DNA from: Psammoneis japonica
Lineage: Eukaryota
Direction: 5' to 3'
NCBI GenBank assembly: GCA_008632985.1
Contig: QPGO01000117.1
Coordinates: 124,001 to 188,000 of the forward strand
Length of the DNA stretch: 64,000 nt
Shown here: in pieces, positions 22,833-35,185 of the stretch
How positions within the stretch are numbered: the stretch's first letter is position 1
How the letters are laid out: every line of letters begins with the position of its first letter
Notes under the pieces: model-generated
Database searches by the model: none
What the model was told of the DNA's origin: nothing
What the model saw: the letters and a program-made list of their open reading frames with translations, nothing else
Made by a program: the position numbers and the translations under genes

Positions 22833-23792
22833 CTAACTCTTTCTTGCAAACATGATGAATTTGATCCTTTCAGAATCGGCAAAGTCGTTGTGGCACACGT
22901 GAAGCAGTGCGGTGCGAGCACCTTCCATTGCTTTTGTTCTGATGTCTTCTTCTGAAACTCCAAGACAAGCTTCTTCCTGATTGGAAGGCTTTCCCAACCA
23001 CCATTCTCGTTGTTCTTGGGTCACAAGGTTGCTTGCAAAGAATGTGCTCGTACGGCTCTTTGCAGCATCATTGTCCATTGTGCACATGTCGAACACAGCC
23101 GACAATTTCTTCCATTGTCTGACAACCTGGAAGAAGGTTGCAAGAGCAAAGGGAATCACCACATCCCCCCCTTCTCCGTTTTTGGAGAGTGAGGCCCAAA
23201 GATCAATTAGATTCTGGAAAAATTGAGTCGTCCCAAAACGAGAATCGCACCACTCTCCATCTGGCATCCAGTGGCAGACCAACATGATTTGGTCGAACCC
23301 ATGATTGTCGAAATCAACAACATTCTCAAACTGCTGCTTGACTCTCTTGGCGAAATCTCTTGCTTTCACATTGCAATTTAAGTGCAGATCAGGATGGCCA
23401 TCTTGGAGAGAAACTGTTGGAACGACGTTTGTGATTCTTTTGTCAGTTTCCTCAAATGCCATGGCGCGTGCCTCGTCTCGCCTGTGTTGGTCGGACGTCG
23501 CTGAGGCCACCCCCTTCTCAGAGCACAATTCTTGAGAAGATGGTTGCCTGGCATTGAGCGGACGGGTCATCCCCAACCACAGCACATGGTTTGTTTCCCC
23601 GTTGGTTTCATCAGCTGCGAAACAATCTCCCAAGCAGCTGTGGTCCTCTTCACCCTTGGAGCAATGTGCAACTTGGTTGTGCTCATCATCAATGGGCTCT
23701 TTGCTTTTGTCCTCTTCACCCACGCAAGCAGTTGGAAGTTCGCTTGTTTTCTTGTCAATTGACTCCTCCTCGCAATCGTCACTTTTGTTCAT
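22833..23792 (-). pseudogene. Hypothetical protein, possibly a Rossmann-fold methyltransferase
   Basis: ATG 23792, acidic leader, then VLWLGM ... FDQIMLVCHWMP ... GDVVIPF, spaced like MTase strands. Tyr-free. Fold assignment is tentative. Confidence 0.4.
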
Positions 23793-25511
23793 TGCGAATG
23801 ACAACAAATCACCGGCGGCCTTCTTCCTGTTAGAACAAGAATTCAATGTGACAATGTCAGCAAAATCAGACAAAAAACAAATGTGATTGCCATGAAAAAA
23901 GAACCTCTCTTTGCCGCTCCAGTTTGGCTCAAACTTCATCAATTGACACGAATGGGACTGGCTCCCATTCACACCTTCCAAACCGCTTGATCATTGATTG
24001 CCCATCAGAGAACAAGAGCAATGGATGCTGTCCGCAACAAAAGACATTGCAGATTCCCATCTTTTCATGAGCAACACTCAGGTCACATGGCAAAGACTCT
24101 GGACCATTCTTTCCACAGTCTTCCAAATCAAAATCACCCTCTGTCTGTTCCAAGAGTAAATCGTGCTCCTCCACCGGGACCTTCATTTCCTCCATTTGCT
24201 TTGCCGCTCCCAACTTTGCTGCCGGATGGACAAGATTGCGAAGGTCAGGGTGAGGATGGATCCCTGTGCCACACAGCATCAACATCTGTGTAGAGTTCAT
24301 CAATCTGAACTCTCCACAATCAGCACCTGCATGATCCCATGTTTAGACCACGGCTTTAAACATGTCCTCGATCGCCTTGTGGTCAAACGTTGGCTTGCCA
24401 ACATTGTCATTGATCCAGTCCATGATGACAACCAGTCCGCCAACAAGCAAGTCCATCAAACCGTTGAGTTTCGTCCCGCACTCTGCCACATGAATCTCCT
24501 CGAAATTGAGCCCCGGGCTCTGCATGCATCGGTCATTGCGATCCGGCGCAATGCTGCCGAATGGCCTCGTGGCTTCTCTGAAGCAATGAAGGACACAATC
24601 GCCAGCCACGAAAGGATGCTTCACAGCATCTGTGTTGCACAACAAGTGGCAAAAACGGGAGAATCTGGTTTGATGCCCAGCCACAATGGCGCAACAAAAG
24701 CAACAGCACACACCAACCTCATCGATGTTGTCGATGATTGCCGAACAACCGCACGAGAAATTAAAGTCCTTCACGATGGCAAACAGAAGACGTTTCCTCG
24801 GCATGACAACAACGGGATGCTCAACTTTGTCGGACGGAAGATTTGGCTTGCCAATTTCCTCTTCCACCCACACAGAGTGAGGGTCAAGGAAAAAATCTTT
24901 GATGTTTCTGTGGGTTGGCTTGCCCGATGGAGGACGATGAGGGCCACGGTGTCTCATCATTTCTGCAGCATGTGACAGATCAAGTTTTGCAAAATGACCA
25001 TGCACACGCGATCGGAACTCGGCATGCCCATGTGCCGAACTGACACAGTTTCCAGCATTGCCTTTGGATGCAGTGACAACCTTCAACAACCAAGAGCGAC
25101 CAACAGCATCTCGTAGTGTCAAGCAAAGAGCACCAGTCTTGGTGTGCCCATCCATGTCACAATCCTCTTTGTCAGTGTGTGGCTCGGTGTTCGAATTGAC
25201 GGATTTTTTGCTGGACGACGAGATGCACTTGACTTGAATTTCCACGCCTTCCCTTCCAATGTGCTTGGCTCCAACCATCTTACGGAGCTCAGCCGCGAAA
25301 AGACTGTCACGGTGCGGGTCATGGAAGGAACGCATTTCTTTCAAAGCAACAAGATTGATTTTGTCTTCGCAGAGTTGCACGGCGTCCAAGATTGAGGCTG
25401 TCATCAGCTGCACATCCTTTGGAAGCTTCTCCCACTCATCCCTGCCAAAGACAGCACCAGGCTTGTGAGTGGGTCCCACTTCAGCTAACTCACCATCTGC
25501 GACTTCGTAAT

Positions 25512-28282
25512 GGAGACCAGGACATTAAAAAAATGGGTGACAGCGCGCCGCGTGTGCGAAAAATCGAAAAAAGATAGCACCACATCAAAAGATCCGCAAC
25601 ATCAAGCAGTTGCAAGAAAGTCAGTTGACAGCATTGCCAGAGACAACAAGATTGAAATGACTGCTGCATTGCCAGTGTAAAGAAGCAGTCATTATCATTG
25701 AACCTTTACATTGCAGGCTTGTGCATAAAATTTGGCTGGAACCTAAGGTGAGCCACACGTCACATCATGCTCGTTCCACGTCGTCGCTCGAGTTGACCTT
25801 GATGCCACGCTGGGCGTATCCAGACAGCTTCGAGACACATAAAACGCGTTCATTGCCAGACATTTCTACTGCCACTGATGACAATTGGATTGCTTTGCAT
25901 GTTTTGAATTTCCCTTCATTCCGAGAAAATGTGGGTGCACAAAGTGCTGCTGGGATGACTGGAGAGAGCCTTCAACATTCCTCCCGCCAAGGATAATCTC
26001 AGGAAACGCAGTCCCACCATGCAGTGACAACTTTCCGAGGAGTTGTTTTGGCACTGAATTAGAATGTTTACGATAAAAGAACTACATAAATTATCGATTT
26101 TCTGTCTGATCTGAGGCGGAACCGTCATCCAGTTCCTCGACAATGGAACCCGACAACAAGACCGCACTGCCATCGTCCGAAATACGAACTTGTCATCCCA
26201 CATCTTCCACCAAATCTTGCACTTGATCCAAACACAACGTCCAAAGTTCCTTGTCGGTAATTTTGTAAATCTCTACATTGCCACTCTTGCCGGGCGGTGG
26301 TTGGTTGGCTCCCACCACCAGTGCCCAGTGCCGTACCGTCACTGCTCAAATCGACCGATTGTCCGAAACCATCAAATTCGGCCGTCCCGTGCAAGTCTTG
26401 TCCGAGTTGCTTGCATTGTTGGTCGTCACAGCTCCACGCAAAGACGCGAACCATTCCAAGATTTTCGTCCGGCGTTTCATCTATCCCCACCGCCACGACG
26501 GATCCGTCCTTGGACATGGCCACCGACAATGTGTGCTGAACTTCTTGTTTGGGCAATTGATCCAAATCTCCCACGTGAGCATTGATTTTGGCATCGGAAA
26601 AGGGATCGCAAATCGAAAAGCTAGTGCCATTCTTGGTAGTAGTTGTTGTTGGATTCGTCGACGACGATGGTATTTTGCTCTTGCCATCATAATTAATTCC
26701 ATAAAAGGCCACGACACGTTCGGATCCCACAGCGGCAATCTTTCCATTTCCCGACAGACGGAAAAAGTCGCCCGGTACACCCATATGGACCGCCCTGGTT
26801 CCCTTGCCGACAATGCGCCACTTGTTTTTCTTATCTTCCGTCCTTGTCACAACCACCATGCTTCCGACACACTCCACGTCCTCACCAATCCACCACGTGT
26901 CATCATTATAATCTTCACGACTCGCCACAATACACGCCACTTGACCATTGCTGGCAACGTGGTGGCAAGCTCGACACTAAAATCGCCGCACAATTCTTGA
27001 AAGGCCAAGGTGCCGTTTCAACTTTGGGAATAATCAACCAATTGTACCATGTTTGTAATTTTGGATTTTGTCGTGTTAGTGTTGTCACAAAAGGCGGAAC
27101 AGGCCACCAAATCACCGTCATGATCCATTTGGACAGATTAAATCCAATAATAAACTTCATTTTCGTCTTGACGAAACGTCGTGCTCTTTTTGGATTCCGC
27201 CTTCCGCTCGTCGGCATAAAAATCAAACTTGTACAGCAAGACACCAAATTGTGGATCGGCAATACTGAGTTCTTCCCCATTGTCGGACAGTGACAATTGC
27301 GGATCATAGTCATATCCATCGGGATATTGTACCGTACAGACAATATCCGCACCCTTGGTGGTCCACAGACGCTTATCGGGATTGTAGGCAAAATTGCGCA
27401 CCACAAAACTCGACGAATTGGTCCACGCCAAGACACTGAGGGTCTGTCCCGCATTACTCAAATCAATCTCATTGCCCAATTGACAATAATCGTAATCCGC
27501 ATATTCCAATTCTTGGATCGTTTGTCCCAACAATTGCCAACGATTCGTTTCGTCGTCATCAAAATAATACACTTGCACAAAGCCCGTCCCACCGTCGTAG
27601 TAGGATTGGGGTGCCGCCATGACCTTGCCGTCGGCCGACGAACTAATACGATGACCAAACTGCTCATTTTCATTGCTGCCCATAAGATCATGTCCATAGA
27701 CGGGAAGTATTCTCAAGACTCGATGCAACCACAGTCCCGGTAGTGTCGATATATGCTTGTGCAAAAACCACGTTCTTCCGATTCACAGTCGGAACCGACA
27801 TTGGGATCTTGCCAAGCATTGGGATCTTGCCAAGCACACGCACAAAAAGGAATCCTGAAATAAATAGAACGGTGTCGACTGCAAACCTTGGCGAAAATAG
27901 CAGCGACCCACCGAACGAAGCGTCTCTCCACAACGCACCGTCGCTCTGTGTGCCGCAGTGCCGCAAAACAGTGTGCATGAGTGCTTGAGTCATAAGTCAT
28001 CAAACGACATTCGATTCTTCTCGAGAAGGCGACACACAGGTGATCGGCAAACTTGTGCCCATGGCAAATGAAATGGGGGTCTGATATGCCATACAGCAAC
28101 AATACAGGCCATCGGGATGAGACGGATGCAACAAACTGACGGCCATTGCGAGGTGAGCCGACCTGCAGTACAGTGCAGTACAATAAGTACCGGTACGTAC
28201 AAACGGTTGATTTTAGAATCAGCATATCTGAATTTTTGTGCGCGTGCGTGCTGTCACCCGTTTTTCAAATGTCCTGGTCTCC
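25512..28282. mobile_element. Non-autonomous TIR element (GG..CC ends, 2-bp AT target duplication) carrying captured gene fragments
   Basis: GGAGACCAGGACATT..GGGTGACAGC at 25512 matches the reverse complement ending at 28282 over ~50 bp. AT at 25510-11 and 28283-84. Excision restores the host frame. Confidence 0.8.
26125..27920 (-). pseudogene. Chimera of an acyltransferase-3/NRF-6-like fragment and an FG-GAP-like beta-propeller repeat gene
   Basis: FAVDTVLFISGFL and LHRVLRILPVYG run directly into HDLMGSNENEQFGHRISSSADGK, WQLLGQTI, VAMSKDGSVVAVG, GQDLHG..FGQSVDLSSDG. Frameshifts and an 18-bp tandem duplication at 27799-27834. Confidence 0.7.
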
Positions 28283-31200
28283 ATTCTGGCCACAACAACC
28301 AAAACAGATCCGACAGCGCAACTTGCATTCTGGTCCATCCCTTTTTTCGTTCGGCTCGCCATGTTCCAACACTGCACGGAGTGTCGATGACACACTGACT
28401 CGCAATCCAAAAAAGCATTTTTGATGCATCTTGTCCGTGCATCACAAACAAGTGACCACGTCAGAAAAATGAGAGGTTGGCTGGGTCGGGCAAGTGATTG
28501 CAACCATCGATTCTTGCGCCGGATTGTTGGGAGCTGTGCCGTTTTCAAATCCATGCACAAACTTGCAGAGGTGATTCACCAAGTGGAGGTCAGAGATGCT
28601 GTGGAACAACTGGTGCTTGACACAGTTCCCCTTGAAGGAACCGGAAATGGGGGTTTCCTCAAAGACGACAAGGTGAGAATGTTGTGACTTCACCTCACCC
28701 GGAATTGCAAATGGAGATGGTTCAGGAAACACTTTCACAAGCTCTTCTTTTGTGAAATTGTCTGGCGGAGGAGGAGGTGACTGACAAGTCATGCCGAGGG
28801 TTGGCCACTTTGTTTGGGAGTGTTCAAATTGTTCCTCGAGAGTCGGCACATCTTGGAGAATCAGCGATTCATTCTGAGAAACATCAGAAGGTTCACCATC
28901 TTTGGGGTTTTTGAGACTGGGGCTTGAGGAGCAAAGGGAGGTGGCTAAAGAGGTGGCAAGAAGAACAGAAGAATTAGAGACAAGAAGAGGAGCATGGACA
29001 ATCAATCAAACAATGTGATGGATTCACACCATTTGGATTTTTTTGTTTCCGAGCATTTTTCGTAACGGATGGAATTGCATTGCCAATTTCTTTCTTCTTG
29101 TGCTGAGTGGCAAAGTCACAAAGCCTGGCTTTCCACATGGCCTCAAAATGATCCCTTGTGGCCTTGCTTTTGCCAGAATCGTCAGCGGCAGAAACCACAC
29201 GATCAATTTTCACACATCTTAAAAGAGTCTCATCGACATGTGTTGCACACATTTGTTCTCACTCGACATCAAGCATTGCCAGTCGCGTGGGCTTTTCCCA
29301 AGAATTTTTGTGTTTGTGGAACAATGACTTTACAAATTCAGGGAAGGACACAGGGCATTCATCTTTGGTTGTCTCACAGTGACCAAGAGCCAGGAAATTC
29401 TCCAAAAAGTTGATGCAAGTCGATGTCTCGTCACATTTGCCGAACAGGGAGCAAAGCCAACAATCGCAATCACCATTCCTTTCAGGTGCGTGCGGCAGAA
29501 TCTTGTCACAAAGAATCAAAAAACCAACATGAAGGCATTGCATGCAATGCAAAACCTTCCCTTCAAAACTTCTCAGCTTGATGTGCTTGACAAGTGGCTC
29601 TCCCTTTGGGTTGCACAATCCGGGATCATGGAGAAGCTTGCACAACATGGAAATCTTTGCCATCATGTTGGTTGCAATGTCTGTTAATTTTGCCTTGTCG
29701 CTGATGACTTTCACATCCTCTGCTTTGGGAGCACGGCAACACTCCAATGCATGAGGATGTTTGGCGCCTTGGCTGGAACAACTCCATCCTTTTGCGGAAA
29801 GAAAGTGCAGCAAGCTCTTGCACCCAAGTTCCTTTGCAACAATGCGGTTCACAGCCATTGGTTCTGCAAAAAAATGAGGTCTGCCCTTTGACTTTTGCCA
29901 CACATGGGCAAGCGCGATCCAATTCGGAGAGGGATCACAAGTGGAATCGCGGTGGAACTGAACCTTGGATTTCACCGTCTTGATTGTTGCTTTGACATGG
30001 CTCTGCTCGTTGCTGTCAATCACTCCAAAACCATTGGCAAAGTGAGATTCAAATGCGGCCTCCTCGAGGTGGGAACCATTGTTGTCTTGCAACAGAGAGG
30101 CGACCGACAGGTCACGCGGCGCCATGGTTGCTGTTCCAACACCAAAAAATCTGGTTTCTGTAGAAACATGCCAGAGTGGTGCGTGGGAGAAGTTACATGC
30201 GTGCCTGGCAGGATTTGGAGTTTTTAACACAAAAACCTGCCAGACGCGCACGCAACTTCTCCCAGGGAAATCCTGCGTGAGATTGTGCCGGGAAAGGGCA
30301 ATGCGGAGTGCAGAATTGATGGAAGAAAATGTTGTGCGAAACAGCATCAGGAGAAAGGGTGCATGCACTGGAAAACAACATGGATTTCTGCACACGCGTC
30401 AAGGTGCATGAAGAACACGTGGGTGCCTTCAAGTGACGCATGTGAACAATCATCACAAAGAAACATTCGGAAATGGAGATGGCACAGAGAGAAGTCAGAA
30501 ACATGGATCCAAAACAAAGTGACACACAACAGAAAAAAACAACAACAACAACAAGAGTCAATAAAGGCGACGGCAATGGGATCAATGAAAAAGAAGGATT
30601 CGGATGGAAAGACACCGGAGACGGTGAAAACAGGCGGCGCCAAGATGAAGAAGAAAGAGAAAAATGGGACGGGCAAAATGAAGAAAGAGAAAAAGAAGCC
30701 GATGACACGACGTCAAGAGGGGAGCAGCGATGCGATTCTGCACTTCGAGGGACCTCTTCCTCTTGATGATGTTCACCCAAATGCAAGAAATGCAGTGTGG
30801 CTTTTTTGGAACGGTGACAAGGAAACATCCAACGCGGCAGCGGCACATTTGAAATTCTTGCAAGAGAGTGGACAAGACATGTGGAATGAAGAGGACGATG
30901 CGGACAACCAGGCAAATTGGAGCACAGTTGTTGATTGAACAATTGGCGCACACTTTGTTTGCATGATGAAAATTTCATTGCACGCAATTGCAATGTTTGG
31001 CTTGTCGTTAAAGACCATCAGTTGTTGTGAAAAAGGCAGAGCATGAAAATTAAAAAGCATCTGTGTTCAAACATGAAGAACAGCAGGAGATCAACAATTG
31101 GCCAAATGACAAAAACCGTTGTGTGCAGACAAGCAAATTTTATAATGTGGCAACATGATTTTATCATGTGTGCAGATGTTACGATGTCGTGCACTCTGAT

Positions 31201-32611
31201 GCTGCCAGAGACCTGACACATGAGATTCTTGAAATTTTTCCAACAGTTGATGCTCACTGCCCATTTGCTGCAGCATGGACCAAGTCGAGTCAGGCTTCCC
31301 TAGCCTCACCAGCTCTCACCTCATCCAGTCAAGAAAAGCTCTGTTCAACTGCATGTTGCAGGGGTTTAAGATGTTGTGCTTGAATCTCTAATCACCTTTC
31401 TTCTCACCAGAAACATTGATCGCTGACCCACGATGTGAGGGAGAGGATCAAACATCACCAAGTTTTGACAGCCTTGAAGAATCACACCTTTTCATGCTCC
31501 TGCAGCACTCTCTCTGCCAGAGAGAAGGTCCAGTTCACACAATTGTTGAAACTTTGCGTTTGCAGTCATGACACCCAAAGAACCTCTGAGAACAAACATT
31601 CATGTTTCCGGCGTGCACTTGCCACAAATCATGCCATCCCTCGAAACAGCAAAGCAGAGATTGACTGCAATTTTAGAAGAAAAGACACTCATTTGGTGAC
31701 TCTTTTTGACATGAATGAAACAATTCTCATGGGTGATGAAGCAGGGGGGTGACACATGAGAAATTGTTTCAACAAGATCGTCGCCAAGTCCACCTTCTTC
31801 ACTCAATGTCATGAGGGCAACTTGAAAACCTTTGAGTTGACTCATTGGCGGGGCAGGACACCCACTGGCAAAAAGTGCAGTGGCACGCCACTGCCACTCT
31901 GTGCCAGATGGCACTGGCCTCCCAGGTGTTGTCCCCGTTGTTGAGATTCCTTCAAGAAGCATTTTCCGAGCAAATGACGTGCCATGACAGTGCCGTTTGC
32001 AAGCCTCTCTGTGAGAAAATGGAAAGATGCCTGACCTTGGCAGAACTGTCAAGTCCACCCAATGTGTTGTCCCACATGATTCCCGCCATTTTTCATGTGC
32101 TTCAAGAACTGACTCGATGCGAGCAACGGTGCTTCAGACCTTTGAGACAGATTTGTTGCTTGATCGCAACCCAGGAGAGTCTTGGAGAAGGACCATCTCT
32201 GCTGTGGACACTGGAAACAGACAAAGAATGACACAAACAGCAACAGCAAAGATGACGTGCTCTGTCAGCTGTGGACCATGAATGACAAGAAGGAAGACCG
32301 AACCTTGATGGCGAGCGGAGATGCAGAAATTGTTGAGCTTTGAGCTGCTGGAATCAAGAACAATTTTTGGCACTCAAGAAGATGACTGCGACTTTTGGAG
32401 TCAACACAAGTGCAAACCATGGACAGCAAAATTTTCTAGTTACATGACATTTGCATGTGTCGAGCAACAGTTGTAAGACGTCAAACCGCGTGCATTGCTC
32501 ATGTGGCCATTCTCCAACCCCTCACACTTAGCACCGTGCTTTCACCACGTGATTTTGATTTACAACACGGTAAAGTGTTGACGTAGATTTCTACGCACTG
32601 TTTTGTATTTA

Positions 32612-32917
32612 CTGCAAATTGCAAGACAATTGCGCGATTCACGTGCCCGAAGGTGGAATGTCATTGCCCGAAGCAACATTCTCCCTTCGCGCAGATGTCA
32701 TTTCTACGTATGATGTGGTGTCAAAATTTTCATTTTGGTCGTCTAAATCGTCCCAGTCATTTCATCAAATGACCTTGTGGCACTCTCCACGTGATCTACG
32801 CAAATCGGAGCTTCGGGCTGGCTGGCACATTTTCTGCAGGCTCTACGTGCGCGAAGCTCGAATTTCAACAATCACCCTTCGGGCACGTGAATCGCGCAAT
32901 TGTCTTGCAATTCGTAG
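32612..32917. mobile_element. ~306-bp MITE-like element with a probable TA target duplication
   Basis: Perfect 36-bp inverted repeat (32617-32652 / 32877-32912) extending to ctgca / cgtag. Flanks are TA (32610-11) and CA (32918-19). Confidence 0.75.
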
Positions 32918-33132
32918 CATGTGCGCCACATGCTGTGGTTTTTTTCCAGTTTTGGGTTTGGCCTTTTTCTGAAAACTGAAAGCTGAAAGGGTTTGTCCAT
33001 CACCATCCCCGACACTGTGAACACCGGAAAACCCGACCAAAACAGAGACAACTTCGACTGACTCGCATGATGACGACAGCCGAGATGGCCAATCGAGCAT
33101 TGTTCTGCCGCACATTTTAATCGGGACTGACA

Positions 33133-35185
33133 ATGATGAATCAGGCAGAGCTGGTGCTTGTGGAGGAATTCGACAGGAGAGCTGACGGCGGACGCCTCTT
33201 TTCTCCCGTTGATGCCAGAACGCCTGGAACGAGTTTGACAAATGCCGAGGTCACCGAGCGAGAAAATTGGATCACAGAGAAGGAAACACTTTACAATGTT
33301 CATCTGCCCGGATTGCAGCATATCGTCACTTCGCAGGAGGGCCTGCTGTCCATGCGAGTTCTGCCCCCGGTGCTCGCCACCGAAGGAGCCGCCAACCGCA
33401 GCAAAACAAGCGACAAACGGGCAAAGAGAGTGCATCCAAACGCCATTTGCCATTGGACTGAATTTGAGGGTGGAGCAAACGCGTTTGAAGGCAGTGGCGA
33501 AAAAGATCTGCCTGTTGTCCAGAACCCAATGTTGGCTTCCCTTGCAAGCACGGGACCTTGTCGCGAAGAAGAGGCAGAAGCGTTCCATCTCTGGGAAAAA
33601 GTCCTTTGCCCTTTGAATGAAGCGAATCTCACAAGCTGCCAAAACCACGTAAGGGGTAAAATTATCAACGGACTTCCTGATGGCATCATGTTTACACGCA
33701 GCAGTGAAGATGTCGTGAAAGCATGTGTTGAATTCAAGACTGCTCAGAATCTCTTACTCCCGCACACTGTTGAGGATCTGATTGGTCAATGCAGAGAGGC
33801 AGTTGATGCCAAACAATGGAGTAACAAGCGACCTCTCTTGTGGTCAAGAGTCTCTCATCCTGTTGGTCAATTGGCCGGCTACATGGTGGACAACAGAGTT
33901 TCATGTGGTGTTCTTTCATGCGGCACAAGGACCCACTTTCTTTTACTTGACCGAGATAACTTGAAGATTGCACATGCTTGGTTCATCGGCCAAGCAAATT
34001 ATCTCCGCGCCTGGGCCTGTTTTTACCAAGTGGCGGAGTCGAGGCCACAACTCTCCACAAATGAGACACCGGCGAATTGGTTCGAAAGTACACCATTCCC
34101 GTCTCCGGAGGAGGTCAAGGATTCTGTCCCGAACGTCTCTTCGCCAAGCACGGATGAAGAAGATTATGGACTTGTCGGGAAAGCTGAAACGAAGAAAGGA
34201 TGCAAGACGAAGAAAAGTTGGCAAAGTCAGCCTAGGACGCGCAAGAAGAGCAAGCTCAGTGACGCGATGAATGACAACAAGGTTGCAGAAGCCGCAATGC
34301 ACCCATTCACGCCTCAAGATGCCAAGTTCGATTCAGACGGTGTCGAATTCAATCTGACATCTCTCCTTCCATTTGTCGATCTATCACTCCTGAAGCACAA
34401 GTCTGTCCTGGGATGTGGCCGAAATGGCGCCACATTTCGTGCGACCTGGAACGATCGTCAAGTCGCTGTGAAACAGTTTGATCTCTGGAAGAATGCTGAC
34501 GGACTCCAGAGTGAATCTGAAGCTTGTTGTTTTCTCAGAAAGGACTGGGGTCGCTCAGTTCCTTTATTTTGGAGCCAGTCATGGTCAGGAAACGTGGTTT
34601 ACTTAGGCATGCAACTTGGGTGCCCTACATCCCTGCTTGTTTTTCACGAGCTCTAATTTGCACAGAAGCCACATGCTGGTTTCTGTGCATTTACGTAGAT
34701 TTTGTGCCAATCGCATCGTAGAGGGGTGCTGTTCGCCGGCCCTGACGAGCTCTTTCTCAGACATGAAATACTTTTCACGACGGCCGGCACATGACTGCCG
34801 GCTCGGTGGACACGTTTCGAGTGCGTTTTCACATAGATCCTACTGCAGATGCAGGCACTCAGATTTAATTCGGTACAAATCTACGCAGGATTTTGCGCAG
34901 GGTGCACACGAACCACCAGGTGGTTCGTGTGCACCCAAAAATGCACACGAGCCACCAGGTGGTTCGTGTGCACAAGCAGGGATGTCAGAGAGTTCCATGA
35001 CGGAGAATCAACACGCGTCATGTCAAAGCACACTCCGAGTTCTGCAGCGGAAGTGTGGCTTCCACCATGAGGATTTGTCTGACAGAAACTGCACTGCTGT
35101 GATGGGGGAGGATGGCGAGGAGCATGTGGTCATGGTTGATTTGGAAAACTGGGAAAGTGGAGTGAAGTTGTGTTCAAAAAACTGA
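33133..35185 (+). pseudogene. Crinkler-effector-like PD-(D/E)xK nuclease plus protein kinase, interrupted by a MITE
   Basis: GLPDGIMF..CVEFKT..GQLAGYMVDN..GVLS; kinase LGCGRNGATF, VAVKQF, then after the MITE GFHHEDLSDRN and VMVDLE. Removing 34631-34985 restores the frame. Confidence 0.82.
34631..34981 (+). mobile_element. 351-bp MITE, CCCTGC..GCAGGG termini, inferred ATAT target site (copy 1)
   Basis: TIR ccctgcttgt/acaagcaggg, flanks acat/atgt, internal palindromes gtgcacacga..tcgtgtgcac. Homologous to 40502-40853. Confidence 0.88.

Larger units (their letters stand above)
23929..30125 (-). pseudogene. Reconstructed ~1,112-aa gene with an HxD motif, interrupted by a 2.77-kb insertion
   Basis: 30125-29030 + 28944-28285 + 25511-23929 gives 3,339 nt in one frame after removing an 85-nt GT-AG intron (28945-29029) and the TIR element. 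The junction reads ..RICFGCCGQN|YEVADGELAEVGPTHKPG... In-frame stops at 29259, 28442 and 24343. Confidence 0.72.

Noticed and set aside
30285..32400. Fragmented plus-strand ORFs divergent from the reconstructed large gene
   Set aside because: Probably a decayed gene, but no family motif could be recognised.
34880..34975. Repeated gtgcacacgaaccaccaggtggttcgtgtgcac units resembling CRISPR repeats
   Set aside because: Only two adjacent palindromes without spacers, inside a MITE; no cas genes; eukaryotic context.
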